DNA from: Okamejei kenojei
Lineage: Eukaryota
Length of the DNA: 64,000 bases
NCBI GenBank assembly: GCA_035221665.1
Contig: CM069155.1
Span: forward strand, 29,760,001 to 29,824,000
Reading direction: 5' to 3'
The translations under genes and the position numbers were made by a program. The notes below the pieces were generated by a model. It was not told the origin of the DNA and did no database searches. It saw nothing but the letters and a program-made list of their open reading frames with translations. This document shows, piece by piece, positions 1 to 12,389 of the stretch (its first letter is position 1; every line of letters begins with the position of its first letter).

Positions 1-399
1 GTAACAAAAGTCCTAAAGGTAGCATCATGTCTCGCCTGCCCTTATCCCGAATGCCCTGCCTAATGAAGGAAAACATAAAATATGCCTTCTCACCACTATA
101 TAGTAATGTTGCCACTGAGGGAGATATAGACTTGGTTCCCAAAATTCCTCTGTACATCAATACTGTTGTTATTAATCGAAAGTAGACACAAAATGCTGGA
201 GTAACTCAGCGGGTCAGGCAGCATCCCGTATATTTCCCCTTACAATCGACCCCACCCCCAGCACTTCAAGGCTCTATCATTTCATCTCTCATTTTTATAC
301 TTAGTCTCTATCCTGCTGTATACTTTGACAGTCTTCCTCACTGTCCGCAACCCAAACAATCCAGCTGCCATCTGTAAACTTATTAACTGCTAGAGAGGG

Positions 400-790
400 T
401 GCAGAGATCTTGGTCATGGCTACTGCAAACTCGTCTTTTGCGTGTCTCAATAATATGTCCATTCATGTACACTGCCCCTCAAGACACCCAACACCCACTT
501 CTTAATCACACAGTGCCCTTGCATATGAATATTCGCCACATTGATCTCACTCTCCTCTTTGTCCTTCTCCTTGGTGAAAAGGCATACAACGAACTCATTT
601 AATACCTCGCCTATATCCCTTGACTCAAAGCACAAATTCCTCCCTTTATCCTCGAGTTACCATCTTTCTGGTTACCCTCTTGCATTTAAATTAGGTATAA
701 AAAGCCTTGCGATCTTCTTTAATCTAGCTCGACAAACCCGTTTCATGCCCCCATTTTGGCTCTTCTAATCGACCGCTTAAGTGATTTCTA
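400..790 (-). mobile_element. Old degraded CR1 ORF2 fragment, duplicated with the unit (also ~18380-18780 and ~33300-33520)
   Basis: GEVLNEF...LFTKEKD matches the CR1 ORF2 linker motif. Confidence 0.6.
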
Positions 791-806
791 ACATGATTTT
801 ATATTT

Positions 807-3459
807 TTTATAATAATATTTTTTATTAGAAGCATATACATATCGTAATCAGAACCAAAACACACTTTGTTTATCAATTACATGTTGTTAGTGGCTGGGG
901 TCCCAGCGGTTAAAATAGCTCAGGTCCTCATTTATCAATTACATATTAACACTGCTTATAATTGTTTATTTTAATTTATAGATAAAAAAGATAAGAAAGA
1001 AAAAAAATGAATGAAAAATGTAGAATAAATTACCAATAATACAGCTTAGGAGATACGTCCGTAGGTTATAAAACGTAACTATTCCTCTAATCCTGGATTC
1101 CATTTTCAGCCAGGCCCCCGTGCTGGACCAATTTACCCTTTCAAATAATCTATGAATGGAGACTAATTCTAACTAATTCTGGTTTGTCAATTAAGACAAG
1201 TCTAATTGTTTTCAAATGTAAGGTTTCCGACATCTCCATAATCCACATTTTAAAAGTGGGGGTTATTGGGTTTTTCCAAAATTTTTATATTAATTTTTTC
1301 CCGATTACATAGAAACATAGAAATTAGGTGCAGGAATAGGCCATTCAGCCCTTCGAGCCTGCACCGCCATTCAATATGATCATGGCTGATCATCCAACTC
1401 AGTATCCCGTACCTGCCTTCTCTCCATACCCCCTGATCCCCTTAGCCACAAGGGCCACATCCAACTCACTCTTAAATATAGCCAATGAACTGGCCTCAAC
1501 TACCCTCTGTGGCAGAGAGTTCCAGAGACTCACCACTCTCTGTGTGAAAAAAAGTCTTTCTCATCTCGGTCTTAAAGGATTTCCCCCTTATCCTTAAGCT
1601 GTGACCCCTTGTCCTGGACTTCCCCAACATCGGGAACAATCTTCCTGCATCTAGCCTGTCCAACCCCCTAAGAATTTTGTAAGTTTCTATAAGATCCCCT
1701 CTCAATCTCCTAAATTCCAGAGAGTATAAACCGAGTCTATCCAGTCTTTCTTCATAAGACAGTCCTGACATCCCAGGAATCAGTCTGGTGAACCTTCTCT
1801 GCACTCCCTCTATGGCAATAATGTCCTTCCTCAGATTTGGAGACCAAAACTGCACGCAATACTCCAGGTGTGGTCTCACCAAGACCCTGTACAACTGAAG
1901 TAGAACCTCCCTGCTCCTGTACTCAAATCCTTTTGCTATGAAAGCTAACATACCATTCGCTTTTTTCACTGCCTGCTGCACCTGCATGCCTACTTTCAAT
2001 GACTGGTGTACCATGACACCCAGGTCTCGCTGCATCTCCCCTTTTCCTAATCGGCCACCATTTAAATAATAGTCTGCTTTCCTGTTTTTGCCACCAAAGT
2101 GGATAACCTCACATTTATCCACATTATACTGCATCTGCCAAACATTTGCCCACTCACCCAGCCTATCCAAGTCACCTTGCAGTCTCCTAGCATCCTCCTC
2201 ACAGCGAACACTGCCCCCCAGCTTAGTGTCATCCGCAAAATTGGAGATATTGCCTTCAATTCCCTCATCCAGATCATTAATATATATTGGAAATAGCTGG
2301 GGTCCCAGCACTGAGCCCTGCGGTACCCCACTAGTTACTGCCTGCCATTGTGAAAAGGACCCGTTTACTCCTACTCTTTGCTTCCTGTTTGCCAGCCAGT
2401 TCTCTATCCACATCAATACTGAACCCCTAATACCGTATGCTTTAAGTTTGTATACTAATCTCTTATGTGGGACCTTGTCGAAAGCCTTCTGGAAGTCCAG
2501 ATATACCACATCCACTGGTTCTCCCTTATCCACGCTACTAGTTACATCCTCGAAAAATTCCACAACATTCGTCAGACATGATTTACCTTTTGTAAATCCA
2601 TTATTATACTATATTATTATACTATAATCAAGGAAATTTATTTGGCTTGTTGTGAGTTTTAGGCTTTGTTCTGATATTCCTAATATTATTAGTTTGGGGT
2701 CAGGGTCCAATTGGATATTAACAACTTCAAAAATAATTTTTAAAATATCCGTCCAGAAATGTTTAATTGTTATACAATTTACAAAAGTATGAGTTAAATT
2801 AGCCGCTGAATATTGACATTTGTCACAGATAGGGGAGTTATTTAGAAACATTCGATTTAATTTTGTTTTAGTGTAATGCAGTCGATGTAGCACTTTAAAT
2901 TGTATTAAAGAGTGTTTGGCATTTAACGTGCATTGATGTATATGTTGTCAACTTTCATCCCAAATACATTTCATTATAGGTTGAACTAATTCATTTTCCC
3001 ATGCTTGTCTATGTAATTCCGTCGACGGTACCTCACTATCTAAAAGAGTATTATAAATGTGAGATATTAATTTATCTGTATTAGGATGTTTATTCAAACA
3101 TTCATCAAGAGTCTCTGGCTCTCTAGTTTTGTATTCTTGTGTATGTGATTTAACATCATCTCTAAGTTGTAAGTATCTAAAAAAATATTTGAATGTAGTC
3201 CATAATTCTGTTGTAACTCCTGAAATGAAAGAAAAATATATTTTCTATAAAGATGTCTCACCTTTTTAATTCCATAATTTTTCCATTGTACAAAACCTTT
3301 ATCCAACACAGAAGGTTTAAATGAATGATTATTTACAATGGGGAGAAAGAGTGACAAATTATCCAATTTAAAAGTCTTTTTTAATTGTTTCCAAATTCGT
3401 ATACCACTATATATTATAGGATTTTCACTATAGGTTTTTTTATTCAGTTTTGTGAGATC
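807..3459 (-). mobile_element. 5'-truncated L1 (ORF2 C-terminus and 3' UTR), interrupted by a CR1
   Basis: Minus ORFs with an L1 C-terminal Cys motif (CDKC...LTHTFVNC); 12-bp TSD GATTTTATATTT at 795-806 and 3460-3471; empty site near 18786. Confidence 0.85.
1308..2599 (-). mobile_element. 5'-truncated young CR1 LINE nested in the L1
   Basis: 355-aa RT ORF ([31 protein letters not shown]); (TTTCTATG)n 3' tail at 1308-1323. Confidence 0.93.
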
Positions 3460-4869
3460 GATTTTATATTTCTGCCTGATTTCATCTTCAGATAATGGGT
3501 TGGGTAATCAGGACTGAAAAGAAAAGTATTCTTGGCTGGATGCGATTATAATGTTTTGGATACTTTACTCCATATGCTTGCAGATACCCAAACAGATTGA
3601 TATCGAAAGAACTTTAAGCGATTCATGGGAGTTGGGAAAAGGGTGTGACACTGGAGTTTCAAGGGCGTTCAACCCAGGACTCCCGGTGAAGCCTTGAACA
3701 ACTTACTTATTCCTTCTTGTTATGTTCCCGGTTTGAATTTGGCAAAAAGGGAGACACGTGACAATAATAACAAACCACAAACAAACAACCTCAGCAATCA
3801 ATTTTGTGACCATGACCGTGACTCCGAACTATTGGATCTCAATGGAGTTTGCCTCTCGACAAGGCTCCTCCTAAAATGTTCAACTGCATGGAAGGCCTTC
3901 GCTTAATTCCTTTTGGACATCTCCGATAATATCAATAATATCACAGCAATTAACTCCCTTTCTAATAGCTCATTATTTTGTGAGCTCTGAAAGTAACACT
4001 GAGCCCTTCTATTCCGTAGTTAGGTGCTGCCCTTGACACCAAACCGCCAAGACGCAAATTCCTGTCCACATGTGCATAAATGATATTGACTTGGCTGTGC
4101 ATTGTTTCACACCTATCTAATTAATGAATTATGAACCAAATCTGGTTTTCTCTTTAGCAGGCGAAGATCAGTTGGTGCGCCTCTGTATCTCTATACCGCA
4201 AACTGTTTTCGCCTCATCTTGTCTTCAAATTGAAGTGACAGCCTGCAATTTCAAGTCCTTCTGAACAGCAGCAAGTGCTCCAGTTATCTACATTGCTATC
4301 ACTGCCATTTATGCACGAACAATGCTCTCGTTCAGTCTCTATAAATGCTCATTCGTGTTTTTAGTGCTTAAAGGCACCAGTCATAAATGTCCTCGCTAAC
4401 AATGTCCTTCACCACCAGAAACTTCGGCTACATTAATAGCTCATTACGAATTGCCTGTAATTGCGTTCAACAATCCTCATTTCTCTCATTCTTCTGAGTC
4501 TTCCTGTTAAGTCAGCGCTTCGGCTACTCAAGGTAGATGAGGAGTACCAATTTTAGAGAAATCTTATATGACAAAGTGCCATGGATTTGTCCGACCACAT
4601 ATAGTGGGCTGGCCATTTAATCTTCACTGTTTATTGAACCATAAAGCTGTTCCCGATGAGTCCAGCCTGCCGTGTAAGCTATTTTTGAACGGTGATGGGG
4701 AACACTTTTTCACTTAGTCTGTGGCATTCTCTTTGTTCTCTGGAAACTTTCATTGCTAGATTTGAAGATAGCGGAGTCAAGGGATGTGGGGAGAACAGGA
4801 ACGGGGTTGATTGTGGATGATCAGCCGGTCGCCGTATGGCTACTTCTGCACCTATTGTCTCTCGGCTAT

Positions 4870-6270
4870 TGTTTCTTTCAACACTCTTTCAACAATTCCG
4901 CTACATCCGTTATCCTTGATCAGACCTACCGTATCGCTTGGCGCCCATCATGTTTTTAACATATGTATAAAAAGCGGCAAGATTTTCCTTATCCTAACTC
5001 ATCAATTACATGTCATGACCAGTTTGGCCCTACTAATCACCCGCTTGAGCTTTTTGCTACTTGCCATTCCTCACAGTCCCCGTATGATGCCACTTTGATA
5101 AATCTGACATACGCTTCCGTTTTCTCAAACGGTTTATAAACTCCGTGATCGTTCACGGTACCCATACCCAATCTTACCTTATTGGAACATGCTGATCCTG
5201 TACTTATGTGAAATAACTCCCATACGTTAGCTGTGGACATATTCAATAACAACTGCTCACAAGCTCCTGCCTAATGACATTTTAATCTGTTTTGCTACTG
5301 TGAACATCCAGACCAATCCTTACCCAAACCAATATTAAATCTTGTAAAGTTGAGGTCACTATCCTCAAGTGCTCTTCCAGCATACCACTAGGCCAAGCTA
5401 ATTTCCCAACACAAGGTCCAGTATCGTCCCTCCTGGATTCAGACCATACATACACCGTTTAAGGCAAATTTCTTGGATATACTTCATAAATTCTGCCTCA
5501 TGTAACCCCATTTGACTGAACTCATTACAGTCAATATTGGGCAAGTTAATGATACCCACTACAACAACACTGTAGTTCATGCGTCTGTTTGCATATCCGA
5601 TCCATCTACCGCTGATTATTGGGTGTCCCATAATATAATCCCATTGGAGAGACTGTTCCTTTGTTCTTTTTAAGCACAACCGATATGCCTCATTATATGT
5701 ACGCTCCAGTATGTCCCCTCTGAGTACCGTAATCTCAAATATCGAAGCCCCGATACATTGAACTGCCAGTCATATCTCTCCCACAACCAAGTTTCCATAA
5801 AGGCCACAACGTTATTACTCCAAGCACTGATCTCGACTATCTACGATCATTTAGCTTTATATACAATACTCCTTGCATTGAACCATTCCCTGTCCATCTT
5901 TCCTTTGAGACTTGTTATAATATCCACTTTCTCATCAGCCTTTCCATTTGCAAACGTGCTCCTTTCATTCCCATTCTCTGTCCATTTTAGGTTAAATTCT
6001 CACAAGCAAACTTCACTGCAAGGATGTTGGTGTCCCTTCAGTTCAAGTGCAACCAGTCCCTCTTGTGCAAGTCGCCCTTGCAGCAATAGAAATCTCAATG
6101 GTCTACAATCTGAATCCTTTCCCCTGCACCACTCCTCAGCCATGCATTCACCTGTCCTAGCCTCTTAATACTACCCTCACTAACGTGGCAACTGTAGTAA
6201 TCTAGAGATTACCACCCAGCAGGTGGTAATTTTAACCGTTTACCTATCTCCCCATATACACTCCGTAGGA
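4870..6270 (-). mobile_element. Old degraded CR1 remnant (ORF1 end and endonuclease region), part of the duplicated unit
   Basis: VVVVG..NLPNIDC, ILDLVLGN and VVISRLL motifs; paralogous copies at ~20700-22540 and ~35330-36057/43530-44021. Confidence 0.65.
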
Positions 6271-6394
6271 CCTCATTGCTCTTCGTTATATTTTGCTGAA
6301 CTCCCTATATTCTCTCCACAGGACCCCATCCCCTTTCCTAACTTTTTTCCCAACTCTTTTTACTCCTCTATAGGACCTCATCCAGTTTTCCACA

Positions 6395-8259
6395 TATGCG
6401 TTTGAGTAAAAGAAGCTCACTAATACAAGATACAAGTACACTGTTCGCTTCATCTGTAAACATGAGCAAGCTATGAGGGCTGATCCCATGGCTAAGAATC
6501 TGCTAAGTATCAATGATACTGATTTTTGGAAGGACGTGAGAGCTCTTAACAGTTGCAAAACATCTGTACCATGCACCGTAGATGGAATCTCCGGATCAGC
6601 TAATTTCGCAGAATTATGGCAACAATACAGAACGTTATGACCACATTACAGTACTTTATTCAACGGTGTCCAAGATGATTTGCATAGGGTGGACAATATT
6701 GAGAGTAATGACCAAGTGGTGATTATGTCACGTGAGGTTATTATGTCACGAACAAGCTGTCCAACAACAAAGCAAGTGGCTTGGATCATATTTCTGCTGA
6801 ACATCTTAAGTATGCTAGTATAAGGATAGCTCCTCTACTTGCTATTTTCTTTACTGGCTTTATGATTCATTGTTACCAGCCTCAATGTTGTCTGTTCTGC
6901 TAGTGCTGGTCATTAAGGAAAAAGCTGGTAAAGTAGGTAGCCTAAATAATTACAGGTCCATAGCTTTAGCCAGCATATTGTCAAAAGTCTTAGATATAAT
7001 TCTGCTGGATAGAGTAAATGAGTTTGTTAACTACACAGATAACCAGTTTTGCTTTAAAGCTAAACATGGCACTGACTTGTTCATATATGACCTAAAGGAG
7101 ATTGTAAACAAATATAGAGGCAAAAACTCTTCAATTATTATGCGCTTTATTGATGCTGTTTGTTAACTGCATAGAAAGCTGTTTGTTAAAACGAGTCAAA
7201 GAGGGGTGCCTAAATAGATTGTGAGAATTCTGGTATACTGTTATGTGCACCAGATTATGCAAATAAAATGGGGCAATAGGGTCTCACACCCTTTTGGGGT
7301 TGCCAATGGTGTTAGACAAGGGGGGATTTTGTCCCCAGTCCTTTTAATCTTTATATTGATGATCTCTCCAAGCAAGTGAAAGCCTTTAATACTCGGTGCA
7401 TGATTGGGAATATTTTAATGAACCATATTATATATGCAGATGACGTTGTGGTCTTTAGTTCATCTAGCGTTGGTCTCCAGCAGCTCCTTACCATATGATC
7501 TGTGTACGGTGTGGAACATGATATTAAATATAATGCTTGTAAGAGTGCTGTTATGATCTATAGAACCAGAGTATAAATGTCTAAGATTTCTTGATGTCTG
7601 TAATAAGGTAAAATATCTTGGGCATTTTATTACAGAACAAATGACAGATGATGAGAATATATATAGACAACGACTATGCTGTAGGTAAAGGCGAATATTC
7701 TCATGCGTATGTTTGGTGCGTGTGCAGATGTGGTGAAGATGTCCCTACTTAGAGCATATTGCACACCACTCTATACTGCACACCTGCGGTCGAACTACGG
7801 AAAGAGAAGTTTGCAGAGACTAAAGGTGGCCCATGATAATGCCATGAGAACACTGCTAAGGAAACCTAGATGGTGTAGTGCTAGTAACATTTTTGAGGCT
7901 GCAGGAGTCAGTACTTTAGAAGCTATCCCAAGAAATCATATGGATAAATTCATTGGCAGGATAGATTACTCTACTAATGTAATTATCCTGGCTTTGTCAA
8001 ACATAAGGTTTCGCACTACACGCTACGGATCAAAGTTGTGCAGACACTGGTATCGCTGTCTCGTTGTAGGACATTGATATTTTTATTCTGGATTTAAAAT
8101 CATGTATTATGTTTTTTAATACGTAATTTGTGATGCATTTATAAGTGATATACTAAGATTTTACATGTATTTTATGGTGTTTTTATATGCAATGTTTTTT
8201 TTAATGTAATGTTATCCCTTGTCTGGACCTTGAGTCCGAAATAAAGTTTATTATTATCA
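6395..8259 (+). mobile_element. Degraded 5'-truncated non-LTR retrotransposon (RTE-X-like, clade uncertain), copy 1
   Basis: NYRSIALASILSK, GVRQGGILSP and YADD motifs with frameshifts; AATAAA plus (TAT)n tail. Confidence 0.8.
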
Positions 8260-10042
8260 TATCATTTGTGCTGACATGCAAAACGACTTCTGTCTGTCCA
8301 CCCACCACTTTGAAAATGTTCTGCAGCCTTTCCAGAACATCCTAGATCATTGCACCAGACCCGCAACAGTCCATCCATGAGGCCTATTTGATCCTGTCTG
8401 TCCCCATCACTAATGTGATTTATCACAATCACTCTGTCTGACTTCATACCGCTGCACATCAGAGACAGGACCAGTGCCACATACCTGACATTTGCTGCTG
8501 TCCCCTCAACAGTTGCAAAAGAACATAGCAGATTTGCAGGAGAATGCCTACGGGGGATTCCTGAGCCCTCTGCCTATTCCCTTTGCTGGTGCTCACCCAG
8601 CTATTCTTTGTCCTCACCACAGGTGTGAGCACCTCACTATGACTCCTAACTATGACTTGCTCACTCTCTGGACGAACACGAGGTCATCCAATTGCAACTG
8701 CAGTTCATTAATCTTTCAGGATCTGCACCTGGACACACCTCATGCAGATGTAATGTTCAGAGACACTACGTCTACTTCAGTTCCAAAATCCCACAGGCTG
8801 AGCAGACTAGCCTCCAAGCTGTGACACTTGCCCGCAAATAACGATAGAGGTATTTCAGATAACCATCTCAGAAAAGAAATTTATTCTGGACTATAGTGAC
8901 TTAATGTGGAACACAACTGAAGGGATGATCGAATTCTCTGTGGCAAAAAAAAACCGAGAACAATCAATGGTATGGATAACGTAATGTGACTGTGTATGCC
9001 ACCTCAGAGATCAGATCATATGAAAGTAAAATATATTGTAAAGAAACCGAAACTGAGGTTAAGGGCACACACCCTTGCTTGCAACAAGACAGTGGTGGTC
9101 TTTAGAAATCAGATCCAGACCCAATTCTGCCTACTCTCTGTTTCATGATAGCTAGCCTTCGATTCACGATAGCATTTGACCTCTTTTTCCTTCATTTTCA
9201 TCATTTTCATCATGCATCATTTTCCTTCTTTGGACAATACACGTTAAAGAAATACTACTTCGCCAAAATACCTCTAATATCATTTGTGATCACAGGCCTG
9301 TGAAAGGAATAGACGTGATAGATAAAATAATATCTAGGAGTGCTTTCTGTGCCAGTGCTAGACCCACTGACAATAAATGAAGCCGGGTAAGATGATGAAG
9401 CATCAGTGGGCTGATATTTTGAGGGTCCGAAACCATTGCATTGTATCCTTAAAGTATGCATAGGAAGGGGTAACAAAAGTCCCGAAATTAGGTTTTTGAA
9501 ATGAAAGAAGGTTGATTTCAATAGCATTGTAAGTAAATTCTGGAATGGTATTCCTTGTGGGTTGCAGCTGTATCTTCGCCAAAAGGACTGCACCAATTCC
9601 AGAGTAGGTTGGCCTTAACTATTACAGAGTCCACATCACATCCCTATATTAACCGTATAAAGGATCATAGACTTCTGGCCTTTCATCTTTACCTGAAATT
9701 GCACTGCCACATAATCTCCGGGTTAACCTACGGAAACGGATTGCTTCTCGACCAGGCTGCCCTGGTAATGATACCCCTCGCTGAGCCATCACAATGTATG
9801 CAGTTTTGCTGCAACCGAGCAATTTGGAAGCGCAGTTCGCTTACAGGAAACATTCCACACAGAAGTGAATGTTTGTTAGTCATTAACCCCGTTATTCTTC
9901 AGCTGTGGCTTCTATGCAATGTACATCTTCCCTCCGTAAAACGATAATAATACCTAATCTTATTTATTTTAGAGAATATCTAGATAGCTTTAATATTTCA
10001 TTTCCATTAATTTGTTAATGTGATAAACGTCTACTTCATTGT

Positions 10043-10213
10043 CAAAGTGCTAGTGTAATTCAGCAGATCGAGCAGCAACTTTGGAGGACATGGATATGTT
10101 CTGTTATTGCTGGGGACTCTTTTCCAGAGTCTAAAGAGGGTTCGCGATCCGAAATGTCCTTAGGAGAATGTCCTACTCCAGCATTGTGTGTTTTACTCAA
10201 GATTCCAGCATCT
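10043..10213. repeat. Degenerate palindromic elasmobranch repeat, probably Penelope-derived
   Basis: An arm resembling CAAAGTGCTGGAGTAACTCAGC...CTTCAGA followed by an inverted arm GTCT.AAGA.GG...CCGAAA.GTC...TACTCCAGCA. Confidence 0.5.
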
Positions 10214-10304
10214 CACAGTCGCATCTCATTGAACGTCACCACACCGTTCTGTTCAACATTTCATTACAAATGTTAATCTTTTGAGACTGTCAACCTGCCT
10301 ACCC

Positions 10305-10393
10305 TCTCCTCTCTCTCTCCCTCTCCCTTTCCTTCCTTATCTCTCTCTCTCTCTCTCTCTCTATCCCTCTCTCTCGCTCTCGCTCTCTCTCTC
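10305..10393. repeat. (CT)n-rich microsatellite; paralog at 55207-55268
   Basis: Seen directly. Confidence 0.9.
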
Positions 10394-12090
10394 GTTGTTC
10401 TTACCATAATGTTCGCGCGTAGAGTTCCACTATGGATCATGCAGAAATAATATTCTGCAAAACTCCAACAAGACGAGTAGAATAGCTCTACTACCCTATC
10501 ATCTGCTTTTGGTTCCAAAACCAAAGTTCCATCGATACGCCAAATGTAATCAAATTTGATAGCAAGTTGAGTATTGGTATGCACTGGTAAACTTCTTAAA
10601 TCACTGAAATATTCTGGCGATAGGACCCAAATCCTGCTATTAGAAAGGGATTTCCAAGAATTGGGCCCAACAATCGCAAAGCAATGCAATGTATTTCGTA
10701 CTCAACATCGGCTGCGATTTGTCTAGCAAGAGAGGTGCTCCTATGCACACCCTTTGCTCTTATCCTGATTAGGCACGGTGGTGTTGTCCGTGTGTCCTAG
10801 GCATAATTGTAATGCATTTTGCGTATTGCCAAGAGAGTCGTCGCAATATATTGTTACTTGGCAGGGGATGAATATTTAGAGTGGGAAAAGTATCAAAGAG
10901 CGGATTGCTTTCTTCTGGATGTAGTTGATGTACTTGCTATTTGTTTTACCTGCATGGGGAATTGTCCAATGTATCCACTTTATGTAAAGTATAATATAAC
11001 CATAGTTCATGTGAAGAGATCATAGGATAACTTAGCAAAAACAACGCACATTGGTAATAGGCTAGGTACGGGTGTCATGGTTGCGCACTGAAACATATTC
11101 TTATGTCATCATTTCAACTAAAATATTGTTAATGCCAGTTAAATGATGCATAATCATGCCACGGCATCACAGGAATGATTCCCCTGTTCCAACAGAGATA
11201 GCATTTCCGAAGTACCGAGGAGTAGAACAATTTCGGAAACAATGTTTGAGACATTGATGCCTTTGCTTGACCTGTTTACATGTCATCGATCTCAGGACTT
11301 TTATGAGATGCGAGTATTAACTGTCCAGGCACATCGGCAGAACAGCCCGGTCTCCTTTGATTAATTACCAGCGAAATCGGTAGTCCAAATGGCAACATTT
11401 TGAAAATTTAGACTTTTTTTGTTGGTGTATTTTCTTTTTGATAGCCGTAGCACTGATTCACCTGGTTTGACAACCCGACAGGGATAATCCACAAAGCGAA
11501 AGGAGCGCTGCCGCGACAACTAGCGCGATAGGGTTGCGAAATAAATCTGCGTACATTACCTCAAGTATAGGGCAACGCTGGTTGCTTGTAAATATAATTT
11601 TATATATCAGATGAAGTTGGACAGAATTAATATCATAGCAATGCAAGCACCTGCAGACATTGACATCTTTCATATATAAAACTCGCCAGCAAATCGCTAC
11701 TCGATTAAACATGTTTCTCAATTGTTTTTCTCAATTAAGTCAATTGCCCGTGCTAAGCCAGTGAACATGTGTGCTGCTAGCAAACATGCTTTCCAGAATT
11801 ACAGCGGTTTTGACAATGCATTGACACCCAAATTTGCAAATGGGCAAATAATTTTGCAGACAATTGCTTCTTCACATTGCTCTTTAAAAGAGTTCCTACA
11901 CGCCATCTCCACCAGAATATTTACCAGTTTCAATTAAAATGTAGGAGCGCAACTAAAAGGGTGAACGTACACGACGCGCACAGTAGTGCGAGACTGCACA
12001 GCAAAAGATTCAGAATAAATGAAAAGGAATAATTCAACACCTCCTTTCAAACGAAAAGAAGTATCTTATGTGTTTGAGTCTATATTAAAT

Positions 12091-12340
12091 TGTACCGAGA
12101 TAGAAATGTACCGAGATAAATTGTACCGAGATACTCGACACCAAATCCTTATTTACCTTGGAAATAATTTGACACAGGAAGAATCTGGCAACTTCTGATT
12201 GGCGCAACACGCATTCTGATTTGACTGTTGAGGGATAGATAAGGAACTCGTGGTGACGACTTGTCATACGGTTCATAAGCGACCCGGAGAGAAACACTGA
12301 GAAGCCACTTCACCTGGCGTTCTCCGCTCAATTAATTACA
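12091..12340 (+). promoter_or_regulatory. Putative IgL cluster 1 proximal promoter
   Basis: 3x TGTACCGAGATA, inverted CCAAT (GATTGG), GATAGATAA and E-box CACCTG (12311-12316); block conserved upstream of all three leaders. Confidence 0.5.
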
Positions 12341-12389
12341 ATGTCTTGCTGGATCTCTCTAGTCTACGCGTTAGCGTTTTCCGCAGTTT
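12341..12389 (+). CDS. IGL: IgL cluster 1 leader exon
   Basis: ATG plus hydrophobic MSCWISLVYALAFSAV, then GTGAGT donor at 12390. Confidence 0.92.

Noticed and set aside
510-516. CACAGTG heptamer (also near 17477)
   Set aside because: It lies in repeat remnants, has no nonamer at 12 or 23 bp, and is not conserved in paralogs.
10273-10689. ORF with an RE-rich tail
   Set aside because: Translation of the CT microsatellite.
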